Shown here in pieces: positions 24,701-38,039 of a DNA stretch of 64,000 bases. Under the pieces are notes generated by a model that saw only the letters and a list, made by a program, of their open reading frames with translations, was not told the origin of the DNA and searched no databases. The stretch is from contig OZ038378.1 of assembly GCA_964036045.1 (NCBI GenBank), positions 105,214,001-105,278,000 on the forward strand, in the 5' to 3' direction. How positions within the stretch are numbered: the first letter of the stretch is position 1; each line of letters opens with the position of its first letter. This stretch comes from Eutreptiella sp. 'Long Island Sound 2002'. Taxonomy: Eukaryota > Protista > Euglenida. Position numbers and translations under genes: made by a program.

Positions 24701-27590
24701 AATGACTATCCAACATACTTAAAGCATGTTTTAGCCCATATTTATGTACTTGTTACGCTATTTTAGGTGTGTGTTGCTTGGCTTAGATTCTCTGCGAGGT
24801 GGACTTGCCGAAGGTAATAGAATTTCGAGAAACGTGGTTCGGCCTCTTGGCACCAAATCACCTCGCAGAGGTTGTTAGATCAAAGCCAGGTAGGCTTATA
24901 TAGGGGAAAACACCACATACCCCCGATTTTGGCCTTTTTTGGGCCTATTCGCGTACGCTACCCGGCGGGGTTGAATTGTTAGTTTAACCCCTTGTAAGAT
25001 CATTATTTTGTCCAATAAGTGCATCCCCCAATGAGCTTTTGGTCCGGACCCCCCCCCCCCCCCCCAGACCCCCCCATTTGAAACCCACTTTTTTGAGGTT
25101 TTGAGGGAGGTGAGGGGGGTTAAAAAATGACCCCGCTTTTTTGGGTCAAAAATCATGAATCTTTTGGTTTTTTCAATGTTGAGCCGAAAAGGTTTTTCCG
25201 GGTCCTGACTCCATGGGGTTTGTATGTGGCGGAGTGGAACAAGCGCTTTGTGCAATTTTCGCCCTTTGCGGCCATTTTTGCCATGTGGGCCGTTTTGGCA
25301 ACCTCGGTGAACCCGTGGTACCCACTCTGAGGGATGTGAGTGGGGATGTTGTGGCAGTATATGCCTACTAGGATACGGAAGGACGTTTTCTTGCAGTCTT
25401 TAGCCTTGCGGAGAGCCGGTCAAAAGCGGTAAATCTGTAAAATATGTTTTAGCCCGTAGTTATGGATTTTTTACCCTATTTTGTGTGTGCTTTGCTTGGG
25501 GTAGATTCTTTGCGAAGTGGACTTGCCACACCTATGTAAAGCATGTTTTAGGCCGTATTTATGTCTTTGTCACCCTATTCGGGAATTGGGTGCGGGGAGG
25601 AGGTCTTCCAAGGGAGTGGTACACAACGTGCTTCAGCAGGTTTTTACCCTGCGCAGCTCTAATATCCAAGTTTTCGAACATATTTTCTTGATATTGTGAT
25701 CACCTAAAATGACAATCCAAGATACATGAAGCATTTTTTAGCCTATATTTATATAGTTTTTACCCTATTTTGTGTGTGCGTTGCTTGGGGTAGATTCTCT
25801 GCGAGGTGGACTTGCCGAAGGCAATAGAATTTGGAGAGACCTGGTTCGGATGCCCGGTGCTTGGCACCAAATTGGCTGGTGGGTTAACCCCCCTCCCCCC
25901 CTACTTTGGATGTGTTGAATCCCCAAAACAAGTGCCACAACCCATTGGAACGCTGGTGAGGCTGTACGGCTGCCAAAAGGTAGACTGTATTGCTCAAAAT
26001 CTGGTAATCACCTCGCCGAGGTTATTAGATCAACCCAAGGCAGGCGTATATAGGGGAAAACACCACATGCCCCCTATTTTGGCCCTTTTTAGGGCTATCC
26101 GCGTACCCTACCCCAAGGGGTTGAATTGTTCGTTTAACCCCTTATAAAATCATTATTTTGTCCAATAAGCGCATCCCCCAATGAGTCTTTGGTCCGGACG
26201 CGCCCACACCCCCCCCCCCCCACTTGAAAACCCCTTTTTTGAGGTTTTGAGGGAGGTGGGGGCGGGTTGGAGGGGGTCCAAAAATGACCCCCCCCCCTTT
26301 TTTGGGGTCGAAAATAATGACTCTTTTGGTTTTTTTCATTTTGAGCGGAAAAAGTGTTTCCGGGTCCCGACTCCATGGGGTTTTTATGGGGCGGAGTGGG
26401 ACGAGCGCTATATGCTCTTTTCGGCCATTTTTGCTATGTTGGCGGTTTTGGCAACCTCGGGGACCCCGTGGTACCCACTCTGAGGGTTGTGAGTGGGGAT
26501 GTTGTGACAGCATATGCCGACTAAGAAACATAAGGACTTTTTTTGCAGTCCGTAGCCTTGCCAAGGGCCGGTCAATGCCGGTGCTAAAGACGCGAAATGG
26601 CTGTTTCCACCAATAATGGCCTAGTGACTGGGCCCGTACACCTCCTGCTGATGCAGCTTTTTCACCCTAGACATCTCAAAATTCGAAGTTTTCGAAACTT
26701 ATCTTTTTGATGCCATGGTCACTTAAAATGAACATCCAAGGTATGTAAAGCATGTTTTAGGCCGTATTCATGTGTTTTTCACCCTATTTGGGTATCAGGT
26801 CCGGGGGGGGGGGGGGGGGGCTCACAGGGATTGGTACACCAGCTGCTTCTGCAGTTTTTCACCCTGGGCAGCTCAAAAATCGAAGCTTTCAAAACTTCTT
26901 TTTTTTATAACGTGGTCGCTTAGAAGGACCATCCAAGCTACATAAAGCAGGTTTTAGGCCGTATTTACGTGTTTGTCACCCTATTTGGGTATTGGGTGAG
27001 GGGGGGGGTCTCCCAAGGGCTTGGTACACCTGCTTCTGCAGTTTTTCAGCCTATACAACTCAAAAATTGAAGTTTTCGGAACTTATTTTTTTTTATATTT
27101 TGATCACCTAAAATGACTATCGAAGGTACATGAAGCATGTTTTAGCCCGTATTAATGTAGTTTTTGCCCCATTTTTGTGTGCGTTGCTTTGGGTAGATTC
27201 TCTGCGAGGTGGACTTGCCGAAGGCAATAGAATTTGTTTTTATGATATTGTGATAACTTAAAATCACCGTCCAAGGTATGTAAAGCATGTTTTAGGCCGT
27301 ATTAACATGTTTTTCACCCTATTTGGGTATTAGGTCCCGGGGGGGGGGGGGGGGGGGGGGCTCCCAAGGGATGGGTACACAACCTGCTTCTGCAGCTTTT
27401 CACCCTGGCAGCTCAAAAGTTGAAGCTTTCGAAACTTGTTTTTGTGATACCGTGATCACTTTAAATGAGCATCCAACCTATGTAGAGCATGTTTTAGGCC
27501 GTATTTATGTCTTTTTTCCCCTATTTTGTGTGTGTGTTGCTTGGAGTAGCTTCCCTGCGAGTTGGACTTGCCGAAGGCAATAGAATTTCT
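21800..27590. repeat. Compound repeat array: ~600-bp module A (22641-23290, 24859-25430, 26009-26640, partial 21880-22250) interleaved with runs of ~180-bp module B and a hairpin junction motif
   Basis: Module A copies share tataggggaaaa.accacat, cattattttgtccaataag and gggtcccgactccatgggg. Module B copies share gatcacctaaaatgaccatccaaggtatgtaaagcat. The motif gtagattctctgcgaggtggacttgccgaaggcaatagaat appears near 22600, 24785, 25500, 25790, 27190 and 27550. Confidence 0.85.
23560..23800 (+). pseudogene. DDE_Tnp_4-type (PIF/Harbinger/ISL2EU-like) transposase fragment
   Basis: YRWTVAVDMLGNIIWICPLAHGTSANVLIWD...EVGRHDGAYKG..VIVPF matches the pattern KyQvavd..G.i.w......GS..D..iw and the DgGY.G box of this family. 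Confidence 0.6.
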
Positions 27591-29949
27591 CCGACATATC
27601 GTTTTGTGACAAAGACATGCCTCGGCGGTAAAATGATGCATCTTGATGTGAGGATTTCAAAATTGCAACTGTCTCCCTCCAGCTGAACAACATGATGATG
27701 AAATGCACAAAACACGGCAAGTTCTGCAACATAATTCAAGGTCCTGTCCGCAAAAGTTTGTAATTGATGCAAACAATTGGCACCTTGGTTTTTTGGATTC
27801 GGCACATCAAAGTGCACCAATTTAGCCTATTTGGATGTGTTGTGAAGTGACGCTATGTTAGAGCTACCCCACTTACTTCGAAAACCAACCACATGACATG
27901 TGCAGGCTGCGCAGGCAGGCTGTGCAAAAATTTTGAAGCGTCCACGTTTCGCCCACGACTCTGAAAAAATATAATTCCGTACACCCCCCCCTCCCTTCCC
28001 CAACCCTACATCTCCGAAAAGCCCTTTTCTTGGCGAGTGCAAAAAGATAGAACATACCCGTACCCGCGGCGTGGCATTTTTCCGAAATTCAGCGCGCACC
28101 GGAAGTTCCGTGCTAGTGTAACGAATAGACCCCCCCCGCCTGTCGAACACCGATGCACATAAATGTTTTTTTTATATAATAGGTCTGGTATATACCATCC
28201 CTGCCCCCGCCCCCCCTTGACTCCCCCTGTGCGCATAGCACCCCGTGTGGGGCCAAAGGCCCCCAATGTGCAAGACTATGATCCCTTACCACTGTATGCC
28301 ACCCTGTTTCCCCGGGTACCCCTCCCGTTTACCCGTGGATTCAGGAATTGAAGGCTGTTGTTGGGACACTATCTACTTGACGTGGTCTACCATGGTAGAC
28401 AGTGCCGGCATGTTGTAGACGCAAAGTGACAATATTTGGAAAGGGGGGCAAAGGCCCCCCTTCCCCAAAAGCGGTCCGCTAACATTGTTTACCCATGTAT
28501 AGGGGCCAAGCGGTCAGTAGTTTGTAGACACTATCTGCGCGTAGTAGACACTTTCTACCCTTTGTAGACACACCCTGCCTGTTGTAGGTGCAAAGTGCCA
28601 ATAGTTGGGACGGGGGCCGAACGCCCCCATTCGGAAAACGGGATGGTAATGGCATTTTCCCATGCCAGCATGCTACAATAAGGTACCCCCTTTGGCGCTG
28701 GCCCAGTGCCACTTTATAGTTGACATCAGTGATATCTTTTGTAATGGGGGAAGAGCCAACAATTGCAATTAAATCTGTGTCATTGATGGTCATCAGGTCA
28801 CGAAACCTTTCCTTTTGGTCCTCACTATGTGGCAAGTGCACCACTCGTGCTGCCAATTGGGCATGGAAGGGTGTTGGTAGTGTGGAAATAGTTTGCAAGT
28901 GTTTCCATTCCTCATTATTGCCGCCGGGCCGTAAGGCCCGCTCTACGTTGTCCGGCCGCGGGGGAGGGGCCACGCGGCTGCTAGCGACGCTCAGTTGTAA
29001 AGTTGACCCCAATGAGTATCCCGCAGGATTAGCGCTCTCCCACTGTTGGCAACGGACAAGGTTTCGGACGAAGCGAAAGCACATTTATGGATGGTAGGTT
29101 GGGCCCTACAAAACTATAGTCGTGCTTTTTTTTTTTGCTGGCCAGGATCCCGATTTCCAGTCAAAATCCGTGTGCTCGCGTGCTTTGTGGCAATCGCCAA
29201 CATTGCTGATCTTTGTTTGGGCCTGTCCAACTCAGCCCCTAGTTAGAGTGGACGAAAATTGGATTTAAGACCATAATTATGAAGGGTTTTAAAGCCCGAA
29301 TAATGCTGTCAAATCGCTTTTTCGCAAAACTGCATGAATCAGTGTTCATGAACACCGATCGTCGATTTGCGCGATCAGGGTGTTAGACGCCGAGGTTTTG
29401 ACTAAATATTCGTGTTCAGCGTCAAAAACTACCCAGACTTAGCTTTCGGTTTAAAATTTGAGCCGGTAGGCCAAAGATATGGTTTTTCTAAGTTTTGATA
29501 CAATTGGCTCAATTTGGCCATTTTGGCTTGTTTCGTAGGCCTGTTGTAGTGAAACCACGAGGCTCTAGCAATGAACCAAGTGACAATCCAAGTTCATTTG
29601 CACTCAAATGATGTGAAAATCCCTAAGGTTGACCCCTCTAGCCTCCTCTTAATGCTTAGAAGGAGGGTGCAAAAGGTAGAAAAAGCAGTACCTAGTTCAG
29701 GTTGCCTGTCTCCATTGTACAACCTTGTCAAAGTGCTATATACCAGCCTCGGGATTGAACCTTTGTGTACGCTAGTCCCGCATGGGTCCAATGGAACGGG
29801 GATAAGCAATGCTGCGTCCCTATGGCCTCTATAGAGAGCACATTGGGCGAAAACTCAAAGATACAAGCGTTTTAAGCTGTGTTTTTTTGGTGCTGTCACA
29901 ACACGAGCCTACCAAAATCATGGGTCTCCCCCCCGGTGTTCCGGTTGCA

Positions 29950-30650
29950 TCCCTATGCTTCCCTGGGACTTCAACCAAGCATATTTGAGTAGTTTGGAGA
30001 TAAAGGGAGGGGAATGGCCACTACTTTGCCTAGTGTACCCCCAACGGCCCCTAGATATATCAGCCGGGGGTTTGGCATTTTTGTCAAAAATGGGCATTTT
30101 GGGTTTGTGGGTCCATTCGTCAAAGCTCGTTCTCCGACATACCGTGGAGTTGGAACAAAGTGTTGGGCTCGTTTGAAAGCTGAGAACAAGTCCTAAAAGG
30201 ATAATAGGACCCGTCACATGCCGTCTCACACCCATTTCCCGCAAAAATGGCGTCTTTAGTGGTCATTTTTAGGTAAAATTAGATCTATGTGTTGCATACC
30301 CTGCCACACCCTGCCCTGTTGGCACGTAGTCGGGTAGGAGGCACATAGCTGCCAGGCCCTCAACGAAACATAATGGAGTTGTTCGGACCTAGAAGAATGC
30401 AAAAGGTCAATTGTTTGCCTATTGAAGCCCTGTTGGCCCGGAGGTATAAGCGTTGGGGGGTTTGCTTTTTTGTCAAAAGTGGCAGTTTGGAGTTCATGCT
30501 TCCATTTGTCGGAGGTCGTTGTCCAACATACCGTTGAGTTGGAACAAACCGTTTGGCTCGTTTGAAAGGTGAAGACATATGGTAAAAGCATATGAGGACC
30601 GTCGTAGGCTAGCTTGCACCCATTTTCCGTGCAAATCAGTTTTTTAGTCA
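29950..30650. repeat. Two degenerate tandem copies of a ~390-bp unit
   Basis: ttttgtcaaaa...cataccgt.gagttggaacaaa...ctcgtttgaaag occurs at ~30080 and ~30470. Confidence 0.7.
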
Positions 30651-31639
30651 TGGTTTTTTTTTTTAGCTAAAATCAGTGTAATGAAATGTGCACATGTTGC
30701 CACGTAGCGAAACTTCTAATACTTTCGGTGTTTCTAGGCTTGGGGAGGGGAAGCGTACACCTACGCTCCTCCCCCCCAAGCCTAGTCACAAAGCTAATGG
30801 CATCAATTGGGTTATGCTTTATTTTCTTGTCGTTTTTTTCCCCTTGCTCTTGTTTGTGTAAGATAGGTGAACTATTGTCGTTCGATATGTTATTCTGTTG
30901 TTCTGCTTTTTTTTGTATCCTGGATCGCAAAGAGGTAAAAGGAGACGTCGTGCGTAGCTATAGTAGCATGTAGTCATATTCTTTGAACCGCACAATGTTG
31001 TTGTTGTGATAATTGCATGTAATGTGCGTTGAAATTCATTCATGAAGCAAAGTGTCATTTGATAGCATTAGGTACACCCCATGAACGAGACTCATGACTT
31101 GAGTATATTTTTCCGTCAATTGTGGTGATTAGGTATTATCAAAGGATAGGGCGTAGGTATATTGGATGGTGTCAGCGGTTTAGAAAATGAAACAAGCCGG
31201 ATAGATATGCTATTGCTACTGTCACCACTGCTACTAGTTACCACCACCACCACTGCTACTAGTACCTGCTACCACAGTTACCCCTCTGCCGCCGGGTCTT
31301 GTCACGGGTGGGCGGGCTGGGCTTCCTACAGGGCTTGTTATCACCGTAAGGGTCGCCAAGACAATAAGCCCTTGCCAAATAATGAAGCAAGGTGGGACTT
31401 CGAAAATGTGGGAGTTTTAAGGTCAATTTAGGCCATTTTTTAATCCCCCAAAGGCGGTCGTTCGTAGGGTCAAAAATGGCCAAACTCGACCTTGAAAGTG
31501 ACGTTTTATGTCTTCCTTTTCAAGGTGCGAAAGCTCTTAGGTGATGCCAAAGGTTCCCCATCATTCCAATGCAAATGGACTGCTCAACGGACGTGCTAGC
31601 CGAAGGTGGTGTTTTTTAGTCATTTGTAACATATTGTGA

Positions 31640-31920
31640 AGCCTAGAGGCCTCTTCCGGCATCCCAGAGGACCCCGGAGGACCTTCTCCGGCCGCTGGAT
31701 CCCCCTGGCCTCCTCCAAGAACCCGGAGATCTCCTCCGGAAACTGGGAGGAGCCCAGAGGGCCTCCTCGGCCTCCTCCGGACACCTGAAGGTGTCTAGCA
31801 GAAACCCGGAGGACCCTGGAGGACCTCCTCCGGCCTCCTCAGGCAACCTGGAGGACCCCCGAACACGTCCTCTAGCCTCCTCTGGAAACCTGGAGGATCC
31901 CGGAGGAGCTCCTCGACCGT
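31640..31920. repeat. Low-complexity array of ccggagg/cctccgg motifs in both orientations
   Basis: Direct reading shows repeated ggaggacc, cctcctccgg and acctggagg motifs. Confidence 0.75.
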
Positions 31921-34900
31921 CACTTGTGGTGCCCGTTCCTAGTCGACACTATTGGGTTTCTTGCTCAAGCTTTGTGTAATTGTTCTTCATACTCATAGTT
32001 GTCATCCACCAAAATTGCGGCCAAATCCGAACCACCATGACGAAGTTCTAAATTTTTGCCGTTTGGCGCATGCTTGTTGCTTGTTGCTTGCTACTTCCGG
32101 CTGCTTTACAAAGGGTAGCTTCACCCTAGGCTTTAAAGAGCGTTGTAAAACCTTACCGGTTACACCATTTAGGTGAAGAGGGTTAGAAGCGTTATTGCGT
32201 CAAATAGGCCAAAACCACTTGTTTGAGCATCCCAAGTGGTCTCGGAACAATTCCGGAAAAACCCCTCTTGGACCCTTCTGCAAGCCTACCCCATCGCCCG
32301 CCAAGTGCACCATTCCTTGGTGCCAGCGCATGATTGAAGGGTTTCCCTCATTTTCATTACTAGAAGAGTGCCCAAGGCAATGCATGGTGGTCAAACATAG
32401 CCACAGAAGGTGGCACTTGAAAAAGTAATCACTGAAGATCATTTTCAACGCTGATTTTGGTCATTTTTGACCGCAAAAAGGGGTGATTGAGTCCACTAGT
32501 TGGCTGCAAAAGCTAGTAGACGGTGCCCCAAAGTTTTTGTTCGTCATCTAGGTTGGTTCCAATGCAAATGGCCCCTGGGTGAAGGGGTTGTAAAATCTTA
32601 CTGGCTACAGCAGGTCAGCGAAAAGGTTAATAAAGCCCCATGGGCTCGCTGATCCTAACCCTGAACAAGTACTGGAATTTTGCAGTTTGCAAGGCTTCTT
32701 GCTGCAGGCCGTAAGGATTTGCACCCCTTCCTCCTCTAGGGAGCACCCGCCTTCCCCCCCCCTTCTCCACGTCATCTTCCAACTGCATCACCCCCCCCCC
32801 CCCCCAAACTAGCTGTCCTTCGGCTGTTTTTATTTTGCGTGTGGGTTCCGTCATGAACTGAGGAGCCTGTTGCTCCCAGATTGCATGAGGGAATTGTTTT
32901 AACCCAGAACTTCCTCATCCCAACCTGACCCTTGTTGCTCATCATCCACTGAAACCAAAATGAGGCCCCTTCCAGCTCTCTTTTGTTCCAGTGGCTGATC
33001 TTGCATGCTTGCTTACGCTTGTAATTGACTCCACGGTTGCAGTACTGATGGAGTGGACACCTCAATTGGACAATGTTGCAATGGGATATTGCTGTCTTTA
33101 TGATGCAGCCTTCCTCTCAATGGATGCTTCGTCGGTGGGTTCTTGCAAGAATGAAAACTTCAAGTGCAGGCCCCAGTCAAGAGGTAGTGGTAATTTCTCT
33201 TTAGGGTATTGCGGAGTTATGAGTTGTTGCCTGTGCCGGGGCAACTCAGTGTTGGCAGCCCTTTTGGTGACTAAGTACAAGACTTGAGTGTGGTGTACAT
33301 TGTAGCTTTCTTTGATTCTAGTCCAGGCACACACTCTACAAGTAGATGATGTCTGTGTCTGTTGCTTAGTTGTCGAGCCCTTGCTGTGGTTTTTTTTTTA
33401 CATGTGGATGATGTTTTGAGAAAGGCTGCAGCACTGTAGAGTTTGTCCAACAGAGTTTTATGGAATGAAAATGAGAGGCCGTACCAAAAGAGAAACGAGG
33501 GGCCGTACCAAAAGAAAACAAAGTGAACTTACTTTAAATTCGAAACACAATTGGGTGGGGCATGTGGGTGGGGCATGGCAGAAGTGTTTCTTTTGTGTGC
33601 ACATGATTGCTGAAGGAAAGGGTAGCTGCGTATGTATGTACAATGGTACTCCTGGTTGTGGAGGTCACATTTGAAATCATTGCCGCAAACATTGTAGCAA
33701 TCAGATTGCACTGGTGAACATGTGTACAGAGTATTGAACGTTGTGTAGCTTGACAGTTTCATTTGCTCTGTGAACCATATGGCTGTACACAAATTCCTCA
33801 TCCAGTCAGCAAACAGTCCACTTTGTCTGCGCATTCCAACATCAGTTGCCTGCAGCACATGAATTCTGCTTCTGTATTCCCTGTTGGTCTGGCCCAATCT
33901 GGCAGGGGAGATGCAGCCACATCCCAGGTCTTTTGTGGTTACTTCAGATGGCTCTCACTTGATTTACAAAGTGGGACGTAACCCAGGCAGCTGGACAATC
34001 CCCTCATTGGGATGCTGAGGTTGGACAAAACAACAGACAAGAATGATTAGCGGTTGCTCTGACCAACTAATTGTGGTCAAAAATATAGTCTCAATTCAGT
34101 TTTCAGATGTGATTGACTCCAATTACAGGGTTTCTTATTTTTTGTGGTTTCATTTACCAGAAAAGACACGGGGACAAGAAAAAGGTTCCGCTGCAACGAC
34201 AAATTTGGTCAAACAAAATATCTAAACGGAAACACGATTGGCTTGAATTTCAGACATTTTCACCAATTTGCCAGGGAGGGGAAGTGAAGCTGCTTCTATG
34301 TACATATCGCACATGGCAGCATATCTGGTGCGGTGAATGATGCTATTGCATGGAACATTAGGACATGCTGCTGGGTACATGTGTAGATAGGTGAAGTGGA
34401 TGACTTTTGTGCACCTGCACGCCTTGCAAGTGTGTAGTGGCGGTTGTGATGAATTTTCTGCTGGTCCCTAGTGTTGGCTCCTTATGTTGCTCACTTGTCC
34501 TCAGGTGTGACGTTAGGGACACATGGGTTGTCTTCAGATGGTGCCCTCTGGTGAACAGTGCTGTGCTGAGGGGCATGGCAGGTACATTTTCACGCCTAAA
34601 GGTTCTGTAGCCAAGTTTCACCTCTGGATCCCCTGGTACGCCAGCCGTGCCACACGCTTTAATGAAAGTGTGCTCTTGGGACCCTGGTGTAGTGGTTTTG
34701 TGGCCGTGCTATGCCTATCCACTTGGGGACTTCATATGGCAGGCAGGGAATATGCATCCACATCACTTGTTCTGCCTCATGGACCCAGTGTGGCAGTGGT
34801 TATGTAGCCAGGTGACTCCTCCTGCTCAATGGACCGCGAGATGGCAATGGTTGTGCAGTCACATCACTGTTCACTTTGGTGACACCAATATGGGAAAGTT

Positions 34901-35088
34901 TTTGTAGCAACACCCCCCCCCCCCCTTTGCAACTCCCCCCCTTTGCCATCCCCCCCCCCTTAGGGGGGAACGGTCACTTGGCCCAGAGAGCATAGGAAAT
35001 ACTAGGCGCCAAAGAAATTTTTACAAGGCGCTAAAGGCGCCGAAGCTGATTTGCACGGTGATACTATGGTACACATTTGTGGTGCAAT

Positions 35089-35196
35089 CCCCCCCCCCCT
35101 TTTGGGGGGGAACCGTGACTTCATGGCTGTCCCCCCCCCCTCTGGGGGGGAACCGTGACTTCATGGCTGTCCCCCCCCCCCCCTGGGGGGGAACCG
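35089..35196. repeat. Three ~41-bp tandem units, each Cn-N3-Gn-aaccg (fourth related copy at 34950-34977)
   Basis: tcccccccccctttgggggggaaccgtgacttcatggctg is repeated. Confidence 0.8.
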
Positions 35197-35254
35197 GCCT
35201 GACAAAAGGGGGTCGCAAGCGGGAGGGGGTATGTCGCTCATACACACCATCCTC

Positions 35255-35256
<2 letters not shown>

Positions 35257-35306
<50 letters not shown>
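35257..35306. repeat. (GT)25 microsatellite
   Basis: Perfect dinucleotide run. Confidence 0.95.
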
Positions 35307-35307
<1 letters not shown>

Positions 35308-38039
35308 GCTGTCACTGTGTGATGGTTTGGGATGCTTTCTCTCTCTTGGTTTGTCGCATGGCCAAATGCACCACATTGCTTTAGTGCTCACGTTTCTGGG
35401 TACAAATACAATTTTTTCGAGCAGAATCTGCTCAAAATTATGAAATGAATATGCTGTTAGAAATAAGGAGAAACACGTAGAAAGAAAAACAGTTTGCACG
35501 AAAAAGGTATGTTCTGCTAAAAAAAAGATGAAGCATCAACAATTCTTGTGAAAAAGAAGGGAGGGTGCAACTCACAAGGTGGAGGGAAGGTGCAGCTTCT
35601 TCGAGTTTAGGTGATCTTTTTGCATGTACTGCACACAAAGTTTGGGTTTTCCTCTTTTATGCCTGGGAGAATTCAATACAAAAAGGGATATTGCCCGCGC
35701 GCAATTGGGGGGTATTCATTGTCATCCCTCAGCCCAGTGCATCCCGTGCTCCTGATATTGTTTCTGAAAAGTTGTTGTTTGACCTTTTCTGAATGTTGTG
35801 CCATGGATTCTTTTAGTGCTATGACCCAGGGACAGTGTTTTTCGGGAAGGAAGTGAAGATTTGGATTGTTCACTATTAGCCTAGATGTTATGCACATGAC
35901 AAGTCATAAATACTTTCGAAACGGACGTGGAGCACATGTTCTGAATATAATTTCTTTCATTGTAAATCGTTTTCACATAACAACATGTGCAATGGTTTTT
36001 TTTGTTTTTGGTAGCTGGGTATTTTCGATTATTTGCATGTCAAACAATGTTGTTTTCTTTGGTTGTTCATAAGCGGGACGTTGGACATTATGAGTAGATA
36101 AGACAGTGGTAATGTTCAACTACTTAAGGGTACATAGTAGTTGTGCACTAAGACGTGAATTGTAGCGCCGCGCGAATGTAAGTTTCGTTTGTTGGCGTAT
36201 GGTGGGTGGGGGTGAAAAAGATGTGCTGCAGCATATGCTCCATACTCAATTGAATGCTTATTTCTCTCCCTCCGCCGCTTTTCGAATTTTTAGGGATCAA
36301 TCATACGAATGGAGGTAGGATTTGATGCGAGTGGAAAATTTTTTGTCTCGCGACAAGGTGTGGACCTTGCAAGATAGTCGCGAAAGAAAGCACAAGAAAT
36401 CTCAAAGCAACACAAAAACAACATTACAGCACCGGGGTAGAGACGCTAGCCGATGTCTAAGGAGCCATCCACGTCTTGTGGCACTTTGCTATTCAACGAA
36501 TCTCTCAACTTTGACATAGTATCAATCTTTTTCTAATTTTGCAGTGGTTGCTTCTTCTTTGTTTTCAATGTTATGTGCGATGTGGATGTATAGAGCTTCG
36601 ACTTGACGATGGAACAAAGCGAAGTATCATTCACCTACGTACATATCATGTTGCGCCGGGAGAGTCCGCTGAAGTAGGGAGTGCTCTTGTGCGCGGAGAA
36701 TTATATCAGTCGCAAACCGAAGCCGCGAGCAGTGTGATGCCCGCAGAACAGGAAGACGAAGGAGTGTGACTCGGCGACAACGCTGATGGAAACTTCAATC
36801 ATGTTCTGCATAGTGTCAACCGGAAAGCTGCACGTAACAGGGCTAGGGTATTGACGCGGATGAAAAATCATCCAAAGGGTTGGAGGCGTACTGAAGATAA
36901 CCACTTAGGAGCTCCGGCTCGGTGATCTCAGATGAGTGCTTCAATATTGCGTTGGATTTCGGAATAATAGAAGGGAAGAAAACTCGTTGTATCCATAGAG
37001 ATTAGGCGGTAGCAATCTTGCACGTCGTTTTGAAGTGGGACGACGATGTAAATGTGTCCCGCAGGAATGAGCAAAAGACAAACTACGCGAAGAAAAGCTT
37101 GCTCAAAAGAAGTCCAAATACCAAGTTTCCAAGAAGAATAGTGGCAGTCCTCAACGGAATGTTGCATGGGATACGATGTATTAGCATACAACTCCTCCAT
37201 TAGCAGATCATGCTTAGCATTAGAATCAGATGATGTTCCGGTTGCATCGATTTCGCAAACACAATTGCTTGCTATGAGAGCATGTTTGAAAGCACAACGG
37301 ACAGGGCAGTGCACTACTTTTCTTTTGCATGAAGGGTGAGCCGATTTAGGTCATAAGGAACGAAGGATTTGGCCAAGCATTGACCCTCATCGAGGACCCG
37401 ATGAAGCTCTTACGATAGTTGTCATTGGTATAGCAATATCCTAGACAGGGTAGCATATGGGTGCAATTGTGTAACCGTGTGGAAAATGTGACCAAGATCA
37501 TGGAAGGTCTGCAGCCAGTTAGTTTTGAAAACAACCGCGTGTAGAAGGTTGGTTTTTAAATTTTCACCGGTAAGGTGGTAAGATTTTTCACAACCGGTAG
37601 GTACCGGGATTCAATGGACCTAATATTAGATCGATGCACCTGTTTTTTTGGGGCATAATGTGTTGTGAACCATGCGAACCATGAATCAAGCGCGTTGTGC
37701 ACACAAAAGTGCTTTTTTCTGTTGAAACTTTACTAGATCTGAACATTGTAGCAAGAAAAAATACAAAAACCCCCTTTCCATGGGAAACACCTTTCACTTG
37801 ACTTTCTGTGCCATTGCAAATGCCCATGCTCATACTTCTTTCACCCTGTGTTGACATTTTTTCAAACTTGCTTTTGCACACTGCCTCCACAGTCCTATCG
37901 GTTCCCCCCTGATGCGTGTTTTATTGATTGAACAAGAACACATACCAAAAAACCACATACTGTGGAAAAAGATAGTCATGCAATACATTCGGAACACTTG
38001 CAAAAAATCCTCCAAAATACTATGCACCAGCTTTCCGAC

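Noticed and set aside
29594-29809. L*QGC as a non-LTR RT 'QGCPLS' box
   Set aside because: The following residues do not fit and no other RT motif lies nearby.
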